Part shown: piece after piece, positions 49,409 to 61,466 of the stretch
How positions within the stretch are numbered: the stretch's first letter is position 1
Layout: each line of letters begins with the position of its first letter
Translations under genes and position numbers: made by a program
The notes under the pieces: generated by a model
What the model was told of the DNA's origin: nothing
The model's database searches: none
The model's input: only the letters and a program-made list of their open reading frames with translations
Assembly: GCA_040220235.1 (NCBI GenBank)
Contig: JAVJTO010000006.1
Origin: Coleofasciculus sp. B1-GNL1-01
Lineage (GTDB): Bacteria > Cyanobacteriota > Cyanobacteriia > Cyanobacteriales > Coleofasciculaceae
Direction: 5' to 3' (one strand)
DNA length: 64,000 nucleotides

Positions 49409-49750
49409 TCATTTGTCTTGTGTAAGGGTCAAATGTTTTATCCCCCATTCATGCATCGCTTCCAGAATCGGTTGAAGACTCTCACCTAATGGGGTTAAAG
49501 AATACTCAACCTTTGGCGGAACTTGCAGATAAACCTCCCGATGAACAATACCATCCGCTTCCAGTTCTCGTAACTGTTGCGTCAGCATTTTCTGGGTAAT
49601 ACCATGTAAAGCCCGATGTAACTGACCAAAACGCTTCACCCCTGCCAATAATTCCCGCAGAATCAAGACTTTCCAGCGACCGCCAATAACCTCTAATGTA
49701 CGTTCTACCGGACAATTGGCGCGTTCACTCTCGGCGCGTTTAGTTGCCAT
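49409..49750 (-). CDS. HxlR family transcriptional regulator
   Basis: [42 protein letters not shown]. Confidence 0.95.
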   Translation of the reverse strand: MATKRAESERANCPVERTLEVIGGRWKVLILRELLAGVKRFGQLHRALHGITQKMLTQQLRELEADGIVHREVYLQVPPKVEYSLTPLGESLQPILEAMHEWGIKHLTLTQDK

Positions 49751-50035
49751 AGTATCGTTTTGGTAACTAGCTTACTTTCAAGTGCATACTTCCCATAATA
49801 GTGGTATGGGTTTTATAGTTGAACTATCAGGACTTACGCAGCCACACCATATATATTGGTTAAGGTGCGTTACGCTACGCTAACACACCCTACTGGCGTG
49901 GCACACCTAATTTGATAGATTAGCTTGGGTTCGTAGTAAGGGCTTTAGCCCTATATTTTGTTGGGATGCTTCCTGTGAATACCTAACCCAGTCCGATGGT
50001 TATAGGGATAACAAAGGACAAAGGACGAATGACAA

Positions 50036-50734
50036 ATGATTAAACTTCGCAAATCTCAAGACAGAGGACATGCTAATTACGGTTGGTTAGACACCTATCA
50101 CACCTTTTCATTTGCTAACTATTACGATGCAAACGCGATGGGATTTCGTACCCTGCGCGTGATTAATCAGGATCGGGTTAGTCCGGGTGCGGGATTCGGT
50201 ACTCACGGACATCGGGACATGGAAATTATTACTTATGTTTTAAATGGGGCGCTAGAACATAAAGATAATATGGGGAATGGTTCCGTGATTTATCCTGGTG
50301 ATGTACAACGGATGAGTGCAGGGACAGGTATCCGTCATAGTGAATTTAATCAGTCACAAACGGAATCGGTTCACTTGTTACAGATTTGGATTTTGCCCGA
50401 TAAAAATGGACATCATCCTAGCTATGAACAGAATAACTTTGGTATCGCCAAGAATCCTGGACAATTCCATTTAATTGCTTCAGGTGATGGCAGAGAAAAC
50501 TCCCTGACGATTCATCAAGATGTAAACGTATATGCAGCCGTCTTGACAAAGCGCGATCGCATCACTCATTCTTTCGCACCTCAACGCTATGGCTGGTTGC
50601 AGGTAGCGCGAGGTACGATTACGGTGAACGGGTTAACCTTAGAGTCAGGAGACGGTGCAGCGTTGAGTGAGGAAACGGATGTGGCAATAACTGCGACAAC
50701 CGATGCTGAAATTTTACTCTTCGATTTGGCATAA
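50036..50734 (+). CDS. Pirin family protein (YhhW-like)
   Basis: RGHANYGWL, GFGTHGHRDMEIITYV, MSAGTGIRHSEFN, LLQIWI. Confidence 0.95.
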   Translation: MIKLRKSQDRGHANYGWLDTYHTFSFANYYDANAMGFRTLRVINQDRVSPGAGFGTHGHRDMEIITYVLNGALEHKDNMGNGSVIYPGDVQRMSAGTGIRHSEFNQSQTESVHLLQIWILPDKNGHHPSYEQNNFGIAKNPGQFHLIASGDGRENSLTIHQDVNVYAAVLTKRDRITHSFAPQRYGWLQVARGTITVNGLTLESGDGAALSEETDVAITATTDAEILLFDLA

Positions 50735-50785
50735 TCTGAACTCTTGGGGGTGCATTTTATTGTCAGTATTAATTCCATTACGTCA

Positions 50786-51424
50786 CTATTGTCCTATCTG
50801 TTGAAACAGTAACGCGACTTTATCCAAATCTTTATCTCCGGGCGATCGCTCAACGCCACTTGAAAGATCAATCCCATCGGGGTGCAATCGTTTCAACGCT
50901 TCGCCAATATTCTCTGGGGTTAAGCCGCCAGCCAGAAACCACGGTAAAGGGGGATTAAAGTCAGCCAGCTTCTGCCAGTCAAGTGTTTTACCCGTACCCC
51001 CTAGCATCTGGGGATGGTAAGCATCGAGTAACAGGGTATCGACACAACTGACATAGCGATCGCCTAACTGTAAATCTTCCGGCGTTTTCACCCTCAACGC
51101 TTTGATCAATTCAATCTCAGGCAGACATTGCCGCAATTGGCTGCAAAATTCGGGGGATTCATTTCCATGAAGTTGAATGCTGTTCAATCTGGCTTGGGCA
51201 ACCGTGGCGCAGATTTCTTCAACACAAGCGTTGGCAAATACGCCGATAGTATCCACCGATATCGTCAATGACTCTACGATCAATCCGATTTGATTGGGGG
51301 TGACGTACCGGGGGGAAGCGGGTACACATACGAATCCCAGGGCGGTTGCACCCTTTTGCGCGATCGCTTGTCCTTGTTCTGGTTTGGTAATGCCACAAAT
51401 TTTAACCCGCATCGATAGCCCCAT
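50786..51424 (-). CDS. trpF: Phosphoribosylanthranilate isomerase
   Basis: VKICGIT, SPRYV, IQLHGNE, LLDA, GGTG, LAGGL, DLSSGVE. The start may be at 51412. Confidence 0.96.
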   Translation of the reverse strand: MGLSMRVKICGITKPEQGQAIAQKGATALGFVCVPASPRYVTPNQIGLIVESLTISVDTIGVFANACVEEICATVAQARLNSIQLHGNESPEFCSQLRQCLPEIELIKALRVKTPEDLQLGDRYVSCVDTLLLDAYHPQMLGGTGKTLDWQKLADFNPPLPWFLAGGLTPENIGEALKRLHPDGIDLSSGVERSPGDKDLDKVALLFQQIGQ

Positions 51425-51536
51425 TCTCGTTTTTTCGTCAAATTGTTAAATATTACAACATTTTATGAATTTTATCCCGATAATTCTTTATTATTTTTTC
51501 ACTTGTATCTGTTTATCAAGACCAGGAGAATATACA

Positions 51537-51815
51537 ATGCTTAACACAACTTTACTCGCGGCGGTGCAATCGTCTGTACCCTCAACCCCTAGCTGGACTC
51601 CCACTGTGGGGCTAGTGATGATTATCTGCAACCTGGTGGTACTGGTTGCAGGGTACTACGCGATTCAAAATCCGGGTGTGGGACCGGATTTACCCCTGCC
51701 AAAACCCGCCATCTTCAAGCGTTTCGGTGTGACCGAACTGTTGGCAACGGCTAGCTTGGGACACCTGGTTGGCGCTGGTGTGATCTTGGGACTGAGTAAC
51801 GCCGGGGCACTCTAA
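51537..51815 (+). CDS. psaK: Photosystem I subunit PsaK
   Basis: AGGAG RBS; W.PTVGLVMI.CN, ELLATASLGHLVGAGVILGLSNAGAL. Confidence 0.93.
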   Translation: MLNTTLLAAVQSSVPSTPSWTPTVGLVMIICNLVVLVAGYYAIQNPGVGPDLPLPKPAIFKRFGVTELLATASLGHLVGAGVILGLSNAGAL

Positions 51816-51847
51816 GTCGGGATTTTGAGATACCTTCTTCCCTTCTG

Positions 51848-51880
51848 AGATCCCCGACTTCTTGAAGAAGCTGGGGATCT
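51848..51880. repeat. Second copy of the 33-bp palindrome, downstream of psaK
   Basis: AGATCCCCGACTTCTTGAAGAAGCTGGGGATCT. Confidence 0.8.
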
Positions 51881-51954
51881 AAAAGCTAATATCGTAGAAT
51901 ACGAATACTGTCAATTACCCCTAGTCCAGGTAAACGTCAAAGGAAGCAAAAACC

Positions 51955-53157
51955 TTGATACAGTCAAATTGGCGAATTGGCTCATTATTCGGAATACCTT
52001 TCTTTATTGACCCGTCGTGGTTTTTTATCTTAGCCTTGGTGACCTTACTCAAGGCGGGGAATTTCGATCCGAGTTTTCAGTCAATTTCCGCCTGGAGTCT
52101 GGGGTTGGTGATGGCGCTATTATTGTTTGCTTCGGTGTTATTGCATGAACTAGGGCATAGTTTAGTGGCGCGATCGCAGGGAATTAAAGTCAATTCGATT
52201 ACTCTGTTTATCTTTGGCGGCGTGGCGGCGATTGACCGTGAATCTCAGACTCCCGGTGATGCGTTTCAAGTCGCGATCGCAGGTCCTGGGGTTAGCCTCT
52301 GCCTGTTTGGTCTATTTTATGGGTTAACTCAGGTACTGCCCACGGAAAATCTGGGATATCTGGTGGCGGCGGATCTGGCAAGAATTAACCTTGTATTAAC
52401 CCTGTTTAATTTAATCCCCGGATTACCCCTCGATGGTGGACAAGTTCTCAAAGCGGCAATCTGGAAGCTGACGGGGAATCGCTTGCAAGGAGTGCGTTGG
52501 GCAGCACAGGCGGGTAAAGTGATTGGCTCTTTAGCGATCGCGGTATCCTTAGGACTGACTTTGTTAACTGGAGTATGGACAATCCTGTGGTTGGCGTTGA
52601 TCGGCACTTTTGTGTATCGCAATGCCAATGCTTATGATCGCCTGAGTATCTTACAAGAAGCCTTACTTGAGCTTCAAGCTTCCGACGCCATGACCCGCAA
52701 TTTTCGTGTCTTGGATGCCACCATGAGCTTACGGTCTTTTGCGGATGAGTACATTCTGGCAGATATTCAGACGAATAAGCCGTATTATGCCGCGTCGGAG
52801 GGACGTTATCGCGGTTTAGTTAAGATTCAAGACTTACAAACAATCGAACGCAGCCGCTGGGAAATAGAGTCCCTGGAGAGTCTGGTTCACCCGTTATCGG
52901 AAATTGCCACAGTTGAGGAGAAAACTCCGTTAATAGACGTAATTAAAACTCTGGACACTTGTCAGCTAAAGCATCTAACCGTACTTTCTCCCGCAGGCGC
53001 GATCGCGGGTGTTATTGACCGAGGCGATATTGTCCAGGCGGTAGCAGGGCGTCTCAATTTACCGATTTCCCAGGAGCAAATCCAGCAGATTAAGGCAGAG
53101 GGGAGTTATCCATCCTGGTTAAAGTTGTCTGCGATCGCTAAAGCTACAACGTCATAG
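51955..53157 (+). CDS. Site-2 protease (M50) with CBS domains
   Basis: HELGH, AIAGP, NLIPGLPLDGG, C-terminal CBS pair. Confidence 0.94.
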   Translation: MIQSNWRIGSLFGIPFFIDPSWFFILALVTLLKAGNFDPSFQSISAWSLGLVMALLLFASVLLHELGHSLVARSQGIKVNSITLFIFGGVAAIDRESQTPGDAFQVAIAGPGVSLCLFGLFYGLTQVLPTENLGYLVAADLARINLVLTLFNLIPGLPLDGGQVLKAAIWKLTGNRLQGVRWAAQAGKVIGSLAIAVSLGLTLLTGVWTILWLALIGTFVYRNANAYDRLSILQEALLELQASDAMTRNFRVLDATMSLRSFADEYILADIQTNKPYYAASEGRYRGLVKIQDLQTIERSRWEIESLESLVHPLSEIATVEEKTPLIDVIKTLDTCQLKHLTVLSPAGAIAGVIDRGDIVQAVAGRLNLPISQEQIQQIKAEGSYPSWLKLSAIAKATTS

Positions 53158-53230
53158 TGGTCAGTGGTCAGTTATCAGTGGTCAGTAATTGGCTGATAAC
53201 TGATAACTGATAACTGATAACTGATAACTG
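53156..53230. repeat. Inverted heptamer tracts (CAGTGGT/CAGTTAT versus GATAACT) between convergent genes
   Basis: The two tracts are roughly complementary and could form a hairpin. Confidence 0.7.
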
Positions 53231-53239
53231 GTAAACGAA

Positions 53240-53467
53240 TTACTGGAGTAGGGAATTAAAAAGCGCTAATGAAGTCCGTTTGGCTGTGAGTAAAATAGAC
53301 CCGACAATGAGCAGTTTTATCGCGAGTGGCGCTAAAATTAGATTCAACACCAGACAAAGTAACGCAATGATCGTTGCCCCTACTTGCACTAATTCCTCTG
53401 CGACATGGGTATGAATGTAAACCGCGACGAGAGCGATCGCGAGAATTAGCAGAGACGGTATAATCAT
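53240..53467 (-). CDS. Small hypothetical membrane protein
   Basis: 75 aa with 2-3 hydrophobic segments; GAGG upstream of the ATG. Confidence 0.7.
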   Translation of the reverse strand: MIIPSLLILAIALVAVYIHTHVAEELVQVGATIIALLCLVLNLILAPLAIKLLIVGSILLTAKRTSLALFNSLLQ

Positions 53468-53580
53468 CGAACAGTGCCTCTATACAGCTTGTAGTGGTTA
53501 TTCTGATTATCCACTACATCCCCCAGTCAAGACTTCCGTAAAATTTCTTAATAGAACTACGCCGATTGACTGAATCGCTA

Positions 53581-53880
<300 letters not shown>

Positions 53881-53933
53881 TCACCTGACTCTCCATTGAG
53901 TTAGCCTTGATTTATTGGGATAGGAGCGCCGCC

Positions 53934-54665
53934 ATGATACAGTACAACCCATTGCAATATCTTCCCACTGCTGAAGAACTGCCCGACTCAGACGATACTC
54001 CTGTGGATAATGAACTGCAAAACCTGATTCCAAATCTGCTACGAGCAATTCTGGCTTGGCTATGGGTAGAGCGCATGGACTGGTTTTTGGGCATCAATAT
54101 GGGGGTCTATTACTCTCCAGGAGTTGACGCAATTGTACCCGATGGTTTTCTCAGTCTAGGAGTAGAGCGATTCAAAGCAGGTGGTAAGCTCCGACTGAGC
54201 TATGTCCTTTGGCAAGAGAAGGACATTGTTCCTCAGTGGGTGTTAGAGGTGGTCTCGAAAACGCCGGGTGATGAGTACGACGGGAAAATGACCAAGTATG
54301 CCGAGATGGGGGTGCTGTACTACACTATCTACAATCCTGACTACTGGAAACGCGATAAGCATGACCCGTTTGAGGTTTATCGCCTGATGAATGGGGTCTA
54401 TGTACGTCAACAGGGAACGAAAGTGTGGATGCCTGAAATTGGGCTAGGAATTGGTTGTGAACAGGGTACTCATGAAGGATACACCAGGGAGTGGCTCTAC
54501 TGGTATGACCAGGAGGGAAACCGCTTGCCCGCTCCCGCGAATGTCATTGAACAGGAGCGACAGCGAGCTGAACAGGAGCGACAGCGAGCTGAACAACTAG
54601 AACGGCAGCTATTTGACTTGCGTACCAAGTTACGAGAACAGGGAATTGACCCAGATCTTCTTTAA
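53934..54665 (+). CDS. Uma2 family (DUF820) endonuclease-like protein
   Basis: ELPDSDDTPVDNELQ, IVPDGFL, VLEVVS, Y..K...Y; AGGAG RBS. Confidence 0.93.
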   Translation: MIQYNPLQYLPTAEELPDSDDTPVDNELQNLIPNLLRAILAWLWVERMDWFLGINMGVYYSPGVDAIVPDGFLSLGVERFKAGGKLRLSYVLWQEKDIVPQWVLEVVSKTPGDEYDGKMTKYAEMGVLYYTIYNPDYWKRDKHDPFEVYRLMNGVYVRQQGTKVWMPEIGLGIGCEQGTHEGYTREWLYWYDQEGNRLPAPANVIEQERQRAEQERQRAEQLERQLFDLRTKLREQGIDPDLL

Positions 54666-54835
54666 GTATCTTCCAATTTTGGGGTCTATTTTGTTGGGTT
54701 TCCTTGCGTTTTCCCAACCTACTGGACTGACACAGCTAAAATTGTGGAATAGATTTATCGTTAAATCGGGCGCACGTCGGTGCGCCCCTACAATGCTAAT
54801 CCACCAATTAAGGTGTGCCACGCCAATACAATGGG

Positions 54836-57800
54836 TTATAACTTATAATTTATCGCCTCTTGCTTAACTCGTTGGTACTCCGATTCAATTTGGGCAACGA
54901 GTTCACATAAGCCTGTGGTCACTTGAGACTTGCTTAAATTTTCTAAGTCTTGACAAAGCTGGGAGAATTTAATTGCCCCTAATGCCGCACTGGATGATTT
55001 TAATGTATGAGCCGTGTGTTGCAAAGTGGGTAAATTATTCTCTTGCAGGGCTATTTGCAGAGTTTCCAACATGACAGGAGTATCTTCTAAATAAATATCA
55101 ATTAATTGACGCAGCATTTCAGTCGCACTCTCGCCCATCATGTCGTGAAAGGTTTGTAAGACTTGGGGGTCAAGGGCTGACTCAGTTTGGGGTGCGGGTT
55201 CTGGGGGTTCCTCTGTCGGCTGACTCTGAGACAGAACCCGAACTAATTCATTGACGCGGATCGGTTTGCTGATATAGTCATCCATTCCTACCTCCAAACA
55301 TTTTTCGCGATCGCCTTGCATGGCGTTGGCTGTCATGGCAATAATTCGCGGGCGGTTTGTCAGTAACCCTTGTTGGCAGATATGGCGGGTGGCGTCTAAG
55401 CCATCCATTTCCGGCATTTGGACATCCATGAATACGACATCATAAGGCTGACGGCGCAGGGCTTCAATGACTTCTAATCCATTCCCAGCGACATCGGCGC
55501 GATATCCCATGCGCTGCAATAACTGTAGGGCTAATTGTTGATTCACTTTATTGTCTTCCGCCACTAAGATTCGCAGGGGGATTCGTTGCGCCAAAGTGGG
55601 ATCAAGGGAGGGTGAACCTACAGGCGATCGCTTGATTTTTGTGGGTTGTCCACTCAGGATTTGTGTTAATACGTTGTAGAGTTGCGATTGCTTAATTGGC
55701 TTACTTAAAAAGGCGGCAAAATTCGCTTCCACGACTCCAGAGGCAATCTCTGGTTTACCCATGGACGATAAGATTAATAGAGGGAATTCTTTATCCTTAA
55801 ACTGGTGACGGATTTGTTCGCCCAAGGTAATCCCGTCCATTCCTGGCATCTGCATATCCAGAATGGCAATATCATATTGTTCACCTTGAGACAGCCATGC
55901 TAACGCCTCTTGACCCGATTCTGTAGCTTGTGACTGCATCCCCCAAGACTGGGCTTGTCGGATTAAAATTTGGCAGTTTGTCGTATTATCATCGACAATT
56001 AATAGCCGTTTTCCAGCTAGGTGAGTGTCACAGATGGGTTGTTCGACTACGGCTGAATCGGGGATGAATTCAGACAGAATTGTGAAGTAAAAGGTTGAAC
56101 CTCCCGAACTCTCTTCTCCGCTATCAGTGGCTATCCATCCCGCAGGCGGATTTCCGGCGACTGATCCGCCACTTTCTACCCACATTTGACCTCCCATCAT
56201 TTCGCACAGGCGTTTACAAATCGCTAATCCTAATCCTGTTCCCCCATATTGGCGAGAGGTAGAAGAATCAACCTGGCTAAAGGATTTAAACAGGCGATAA
56301 ATCCGATCAGGGGGAATGCCAATTCCTGTATCTTTGACCGCAAATTGTAACTGATAGCGATCTCCCCTATCTTCCTCATCCCTCTCATCCGCCAAAATCT
56401 GGGCGGTTACGGAAACCAAAACCTCTCCGGTTGGCGTAAATTTAACTGCATTACTAATTAAATTCACTAAAATTTGACGCAACCGCGTCACATCTCCGGC
56501 AATCCAATTGGGGGTTTGGGAGTCAATTAAATAGGCTAATTCCAGATTTTTCTCGGCGGCTTTGGTGGTAAGCAGATCCAGGGCTTCTTCAATGCAGGTG
56601 CGGAGTTCAAAGGGTTGTTCCTCTAACTCCATTTTCCCCGATTCAATTTTTGAGAAATCTAGAATATCGTTAATAATCGTCAGCAGTGCATCTCCACTAT
56701 TACGAATAGTTTCGGCAAAATAGCGTTGATCTGAGGTCAAGTCAGTATCCAGAAGTAACCCGGTCATGCCAATCACCGCATTCATTGGCGTGCGAATTTC
56801 ATGACTCATCGTTGCCAAGAATTCACTTTTCGCTTGGGTGGCGGCTTCGGCGGTTTGTCGGGCTTTTTCTAAGGCTACATTTTGTTCGGTTAACTGTTGA
56901 CGTTGGCGGGTTTCCTGTTCCCACAAATGCGCCTGGGCGATCGCAATCCCGACTTGATCGGCAACGGCTTCGAGTAATTCAATTTCATGACTTGACCAAT
57001 GGCGATAGGAATCACACTGATGCAAGCCAATAATCCCATTCGGTTCCCCTTGATAGGAGGTGCGAATTGCCAGCATTGATTTTAATCCAATCTGACAACA
57101 TATTTGGGTACAGCATAACAACAATGGATCGGCATAGACATCTGGTGAAGAGATTGCCTTATCTTGTTTTAATAACTGTTGAACATGATAATTTCCCCGA
57201 ATAGGAACCTCTAACTGAAGAATAGATTCATATCCTGTTTCTAAATATTCTGCCACAAAGGGAATCGCTGGTGTCGGTTCCGTCAGGTAAGTATGAATCA
57301 CACAACGATTGACGCCAAAAGCCCGACCAATTTGGGTAGCGGTGGTTTGAAAGATTTCTTTGGTGTTTAAACTGCGGCGAATTTCTTGGGTAATTTGCTT
57401 TAGCAGTACCGTTCGCATTAATTGTTGCTGAAGTGCAATCTCGGCTTGCTTGCGATCGCTAATATCAATGGATACCCCTAAGACAGCGGGAACATCGGAG
57501 TCAGCGACACAAAAGGGTATTTTTGTAGTTTGCAGAATTCGAGTTTCGCCTTGGGCATTGGTAATCGTTTCTTCGGGAATATAAAGGGTTTCGCCACTGT
57601 TAATAACGTGCAGATCAGCTTTTCGGTATTGATGGGCATCGTCTACTGATGGGGCAACCTCTGTTTCTGCCCGATCCAGTAAGGCTTCGACGGTGGTTCC
57701 GTAAGTATCAGCCACGGCTTGATTGACTAAAATAAACTGACCGTCTTTATTTTTGGCAAAGATTAAATGGGGAACTAAATCAATGACTTGGCGAAGTTTT

Positions 57801-59551
57801 TGTTCGCTGGCTTTGAGTTGTGCATCTGCCCATTTGTAGTGAGTAATATCCCGGAGTGTGCCAGAGGTTCCGGTGATGGTATTATCGGGGGCAAAGGTTA
57901 ATTGGGCATGAACTTCAATCCAGCGATATCCGCCATCTTTGGTCAGATATCTAACTTCATGCTGACAATAGTCTTTTTTTCGTTCCAGTAAGGGTTGAAA
58001 TAACTCTACGTTATGTTGGCGATCATCGGGATGAATATACTCTAAGAAATTTGTGCCAATGCTTTCCCCTAAGGTAAAGCCAGTAATCTCTGTCCAAGCC
58101 GGATTCAGAAATGTCCATACCCCAGTTGCATCGGTTTGGAAAATGACTTCTTTAACGCTTTCAATCACTGAACGATAATTCTCTTCACTCTCCCGCAGTC
58201 GTTCTTCCACCTGCTTGCGGTCAGTAATATCAATACAGGAACCCGTATAGCCAGCAAAATGACCATTGGATGTAAACCGAGGCACTCCTGTATCTAAAAT
58301 CCAGCGATAGTTGCCATCATGTCGGCGTAAACGGTATTCCATGCGAAACCGTTTTTGGGCTTTAAAGGCGTTGGAATAGGTTTCTATACAATAGTGATAA
58401 TCATCAGGATGAATTCCTTCTGTCCAGGCATTACCTATTTCTTGATCTAAGGTGCGTCCGGTAAATTCTAACCAGGTTTTATTGAAAAAGTAACAGCGAC
58501 TATCGGTTCCGGCTAACCAGATTAAGACGGGGGCGGTGTCGGCTAGCAGGCGAAAGCGTTCTTCACTTTCTCGCAGGCGTTCTTCGGCGAGTTTACTTTC
58601 GGTAATGTCTTCAATTGACCCTTCATAATACAGAATAGTTCCAGAGTTGTCGCTAACCACACGGGCATTTTTACGAATCCATATTTTTCGTCCATCTTTG
58701 CGATAAACCTGGATTTCAAATTTAGATACGGCTTTTTTTTGTTGAATTAATTTCGTTAAACGTCGATGGTCATCCGGATTAACATAAAATTGTTGTTCAA
58801 TATTTTTTATAGAGTTTAAAAAATGGCTGGGTGAAGCATAGCCGAGTATCTGGGCAAAGGCTGGGTTAACACTGATATAGATACCATCAGGGGTACGTTG
58901 AAATATGCCCTCAACGGCATTTTCAAAGATACTACGATAATTAGCTTGACTCAGGCTTAATTGTTCATTAGCTGTCTGGAGTGCAGCGGTTCGTTCTTCA
59001 ACCAGTTCTTCTAAATGGTTACGATAGTCGGCTAATTCTTCTTCGGTGCGTTGGCGTTCTTTAATTTCCGCGATCGCCCGATCTCTCATGGTGCGATAGT
59101 TATGAACTTGTTGGGTGAGTTCGGTAACATCTTGAATCGATAATAAAGCATAATACTCGCCATTGTTTTCACTAGGAACGGCGGTAACGGTGGTATGTTG
59201 AATCCGTAATGATCCGTCGGCTAAAGGTGCAGGAATCAGGTGGATGTGAAGTTGGGAGGAAAAGACGGTGGGTGGTCCTCCAGTAAAAATTTGTTGCAGA
59301 CGGGTGGTATATTTGGGATGATTCAGGTGGGGAAAATGATCGGTAATTTTTTCACCGAGGATTTGCTGTTTGGAGAGATGCGTCCAGTTTTCTAAGCAAC
59401 GATTCCAATATAAAACCACTAAATCCGATCGCAGAACACAGTTGCCTATAGGGACTTGATCCAGGACATGAAATTGATGCGCCGCTGTTTGGATTTCAGT
59501 CGCGATCGCGGTTTTATTTCCAGGGTGATTTACGTGAGATGATAACACCAT
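54836..59551 (-). CDS. Hybrid histidine kinase: multi-PAS, GAF, HisKA, HATPase, two REC, Hpt
   Basis: [53 protein letters not shown]. Start taken at ATG 59551. Confidence 0.95.
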   Translation of the reverse strand: MVLSSHVNHPGNKTAIATEIQTAAHQFHVLDQVPIGNCVLRSDLVVLYWNRCLENWTHLSKQQILGEKITDHFPHLNHPKYTTRLQQIFTGGPPTVFSSQLHIHLIPAPLADGSLRIQHTTVTAVPSENNGEYYALLSIQDVTELTQQVHNYRTMRDRAIAEIKERQRTEEELADYRNHLEELVEERTAALQTANEQLSLSQANYRSIFENAVEGIFQRTPDGIYISVNPAFAQILGYASPSHFLNSIKNIEQQFYVNPDDHRRLTKLIQQKKAVSKFEIQVYRKDGRKIWIRKNARVVSDNSGTILYYEGSIEDITESKLAEERLRESEERFRLLADTAPVLIWLAGTDSRCYFFNKTWLEFTGRTLDQEIGNAWTEGIHPDDYHYCIETYSNAFKAQKRFRMEYRLRRHDGNYRWILDTGVPRFTSNGHFAGYTGSCIDITDRKQVEERLRESEENYRSVIESVKEVIFQTDATGVWTFLNPAWTEITGFTLGESIGTNFLEYIHPDDRQHNVELFQPLLERKKDYCQHEVRYLTKDGGYRWIEVHAQLTFAPDNTITGTSGTLRDITHYKWADAQLKASEQKLRQVIDLVPHLIFAKNKDGQFILVNQAVADTYGTTVEALLDRAETEVAPSVDDAHQYRKADLHVINSGETLYIPEETITNAQGETRILQTTKIPFCVADSDVPAVLGVSIDISDRKQAEIALQQQLMRTVLLKQITQEIRRSLNTKEIFQTTATQIGRAFGVNRCVIHTYLTEPTPAIPFVAEYLETGYESILQLEVPIRGNYHVQQLLKQDKAISSPDVYADPLLLCCTQICCQIGLKSMLAIRTSYQGEPNGIIGLHQCDSYRHWSSHEIELLEAVADQVGIAIAQAHLWEQETRQRQQLTEQNVALEKARQTAEAATQAKSEFLATMSHEIRTPMNAVIGMTGLLLDTDLTSDQRYFAETIRNSGDALLTIINDILDFSKIESGKMELEEQPFELRTCIEEALDLLTTKAAEKNLELAYLIDSQTPNWIAGDVTRLRQILVNLISNAVKFTPTGEVLVSVTAQILADERDEEDRGDRYQLQFAVKDTGIGIPPDRIYRLFKSFSQVDSSTSRQYGGTGLGLAICKRLCEMMGGQMWVESGGSVAGNPPAGWIATDSGEESSGGSTFYFTILSEFIPDSAVVEQPICDTHLAGKRLLIVDDNTTNCQILIRQAQSWGMQSQATESGQEALAWLSQGEQYDIAILDMQMPGMDGITLGEQIRHQFKDKEFPLLILSSMGKPEIASGVVEANFAAFLSKPIKQSQLYNVLTQILSGQPTKIKRSPVGSPSLDPTLAQRIPLRILVAEDNKVNQQLALQLLQRMGYRADVAGNGLEVIEALRRQPYDVVFMDVQMPEMDGLDATRHICQQGLLTNRPRIIAMTANAMQGDREKCLEVGMDDYISKPIRVNELVRVLSQSQPTEEPPEPAPQTESALDPQVLQTFHDMMGESATEMLRQLIDIYLEDTPVMLETLQIALQENNLPTLQHTAHTLKSSSAALGAIKFSQLCQDLENLSKSQVTTGLCELVAQIESEYQRVKQEAINYKL

Positions 59552-59591
59552 GTTTATTAACAAATGCAATAGAGTAGGTAATCAATCAATT

Positions 59592-59750
59592 GTAGGGGCG
59601 GGTTTAGGGACTAAATTAACCTATTCACCGATAACTGAACAGCAAAACCCGCCCTTCCCCACCGATAACTCTGTAGGGGCGGGTTTAGGGACTCAATTCG
59701 GCTATTTACCGATAACTGAACAGCAAAACCCGCCCTTCCCCACCGACAAC
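59592..59750. repeat. Two tandem REP-like units with an 81-bp period
   Basis: GTAGGGGCGGGTTTAGGGACT...CAAAACCCGCCCTTCCCCACCGA at 59592 and 59673. Confidence 0.9.
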
Positions 59751-59782
59751 TAATTCATTATTTTATAGATAAATTATTCAAT

Positions 59783-61321
59783 CTATACCGATAAAGGCAA
59801 TGTAACCGTAAACATGGTTCCTTCTCCCACTTGACTATTTACCATAATCTCACCCCCTTGTAAATCAACCGCCCGTTTAACAATCGCCAACCCCAATCCC
59901 GTTCCCGAAATATTCCCCACATTTTGCGCCCGATGAAACGCCTCAAAGAGTTTTTCTTGATCAGCGAAGGGAATTCCAATCCCTTGGTCTTTAATTTGGA
60001 AAATAGCGGATGAATCCTGACAGACGAGGTTCAAGGTAACGATTCCAGAATCGGGAGAATACTTAATCGCATTTGAGATTAAATTCGTCAGAATATGCCG
60101 CAACAGCTTCTCATCCATGCAGACGTTCAGGTTAGAACATTGATGCGTAAAGACCAGAGAATGGTGCTGTCCTAAACTCAACTGTAACTCCTCAATCAAG
60201 CCGTGGCAAAATTCAACTAAATCCAGAGGGACTGGATGCAACTGAAGTTTTCCGGCTTCGGCTTTGCCAATCAGAGTCACATCTTCTAAAACTTGGACTA
60301 AATGTTTAACCGTTCCTTGAATACGATGGATATGAGTAAGTTTTTTATCCGGTGTCCACTTATGACCATAATGTTCCAGTAATTCCGCCGAACTTAAAAT
60401 AGTAGTTAGGGGGGTGCGAAACTCATGGGAAGTCATAGTAACAAAACGAGATTTTAGTTCACTGAGTTCTTTTTCTTTAGCTAAAGCTTTGCGAATCTCC
60501 TCTTCCGCTTGTTTGCGATCGGTAATATCAATTCCCACCGAAACCGCTGCATGTCCTTGTTGGTATTTTTGGGCAACAATTAAGTAACTCCGGGTGGTAT
60601 CCTTGACGTAAGCTTCAATCACTTGGCTAGCGGCTGGTTCGGGACTAGCAATAAATTGACGCATAAAGTCAGCAAAGCCGGGACTCGCTTTCATAAAGCC
60701 GACATCTTGACCAATAAAATGATCGACAGTCAAGTTAAAGGTATCAGCTAGATGACGATTAACCCCCAGATATCGCAAATCCGAATTTACCCAGGAGACG
60801 AAACCAGGAACCGCATCAAAAACCGCTTGTAACTGTTCTTCTTGAGACCGTAAAGCGGCTTCAGCGCGTTGTCGTTCTTGGACTTCTGCTAAAGCGCGAT
60901 CGCGCATTTTTCGATAGTCTTGAACTTGTTGACTAAGTTCAGTAACATCTTGAATGGATAAAATGGCGTAATAGTCTCCCTCAGTTAAGCCGGGTATAGC
61001 GGTGACAGTGGTTCGCTGAATTCGCCGTTGTCCATTGGGTAAATGGGCGGGAATAAAATGAGGATGGAGTTGGGCGGAAAAAATGGTTGGGGGTCCCCCG
61101 GAAAAGATGGACTTTAGCCGCTTTTCATAGCGGGGATGGTTTAAATCAGCGAAATAGTCACTGATTTTTTGACCTAAGAGTTGATCTTTGGATAGGTGTG
61201 TCCAATCTTCCAAACAGCGATTCCAGAATAAGACCACGAAATCGGATCGGAGAATACAGACACCCAAAGGCATTTGGTCAAGAACACCAAATTTTTCAGC
61301 GGCAATTTCTATCTCATGCAT
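59783..61321 (-). CDS. PAS-PAS sensor histidine kinase
   Basis: [38 protein letters not shown]. Confidence 0.95.
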   Translation of the reverse strand: MHEIEIAAEKFGVLDQMPLGVCILRSDFVVLFWNRCLEDWTHLSKDQLLGQKISDYFADLNHPRYEKRLKSIFSGGPPTIFSAQLHPHFIPAHLPNGQRRIQRTTVTAIPGLTEGDYYAILSIQDVTELSQQVQDYRKMRDRALAEVQERQRAEAALRSQEEQLQAVFDAVPGFVSWVNSDLRYLGVNRHLADTFNLTVDHFIGQDVGFMKASPGFADFMRQFIASPEPAASQVIEAYVKDTTRSYLIVAQKYQQGHAAVSVGIDITDRKQAEEEIRKALAKEKELSELKSRFVTMTSHEFRTPLTTILSSAELLEHYGHKWTPDKKLTHIHRIQGTVKHLVQVLEDVTLIGKAEAGKLQLHPVPLDLVEFCHGLIEELQLSLGQHHSLVFTHQCSNLNVCMDEKLLRHILTNLISNAIKYSPDSGIVTLNLVCQDSSAIFQIKDQGIGIPFADQEKLFEAFHRAQNVGNISGTGLGLAIVKRAVDLQGGEIMVNSQVGEGTMFTVTLPLSV

Positions 61322-61466
61322 GGACGGATTAAGGGGTCATTGGTCAAAACACTGATTTCACAGATTTATTGTCCAGATGCGGGTAGAGGATAAAAGCTTA
61401 GTTACACTGATTACACAGAAAGCCTCGTTCTCTATCATTGGTCATTGCTCAAAAAAATGAATCAGA

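Noticed and set aside
51440..51472. Possible HLR1 (RpaB) site upstream of psaK
   Set aside because: Only a degenerate match in AT-rich DNA; it cannot be supported by eye.
54548..54596. 21-bp duplication encoding EQERQRA in the Uma2 protein
   Set aside because: A common coiled-coil tail in this family.
59592..59750. Two 81-bp tandem units as a possible CRISPR mini-array
   Set aside because: Only two units, the would-be spacers are themselves similar, the arms match the dispersed REP family, and no cas genes are present.
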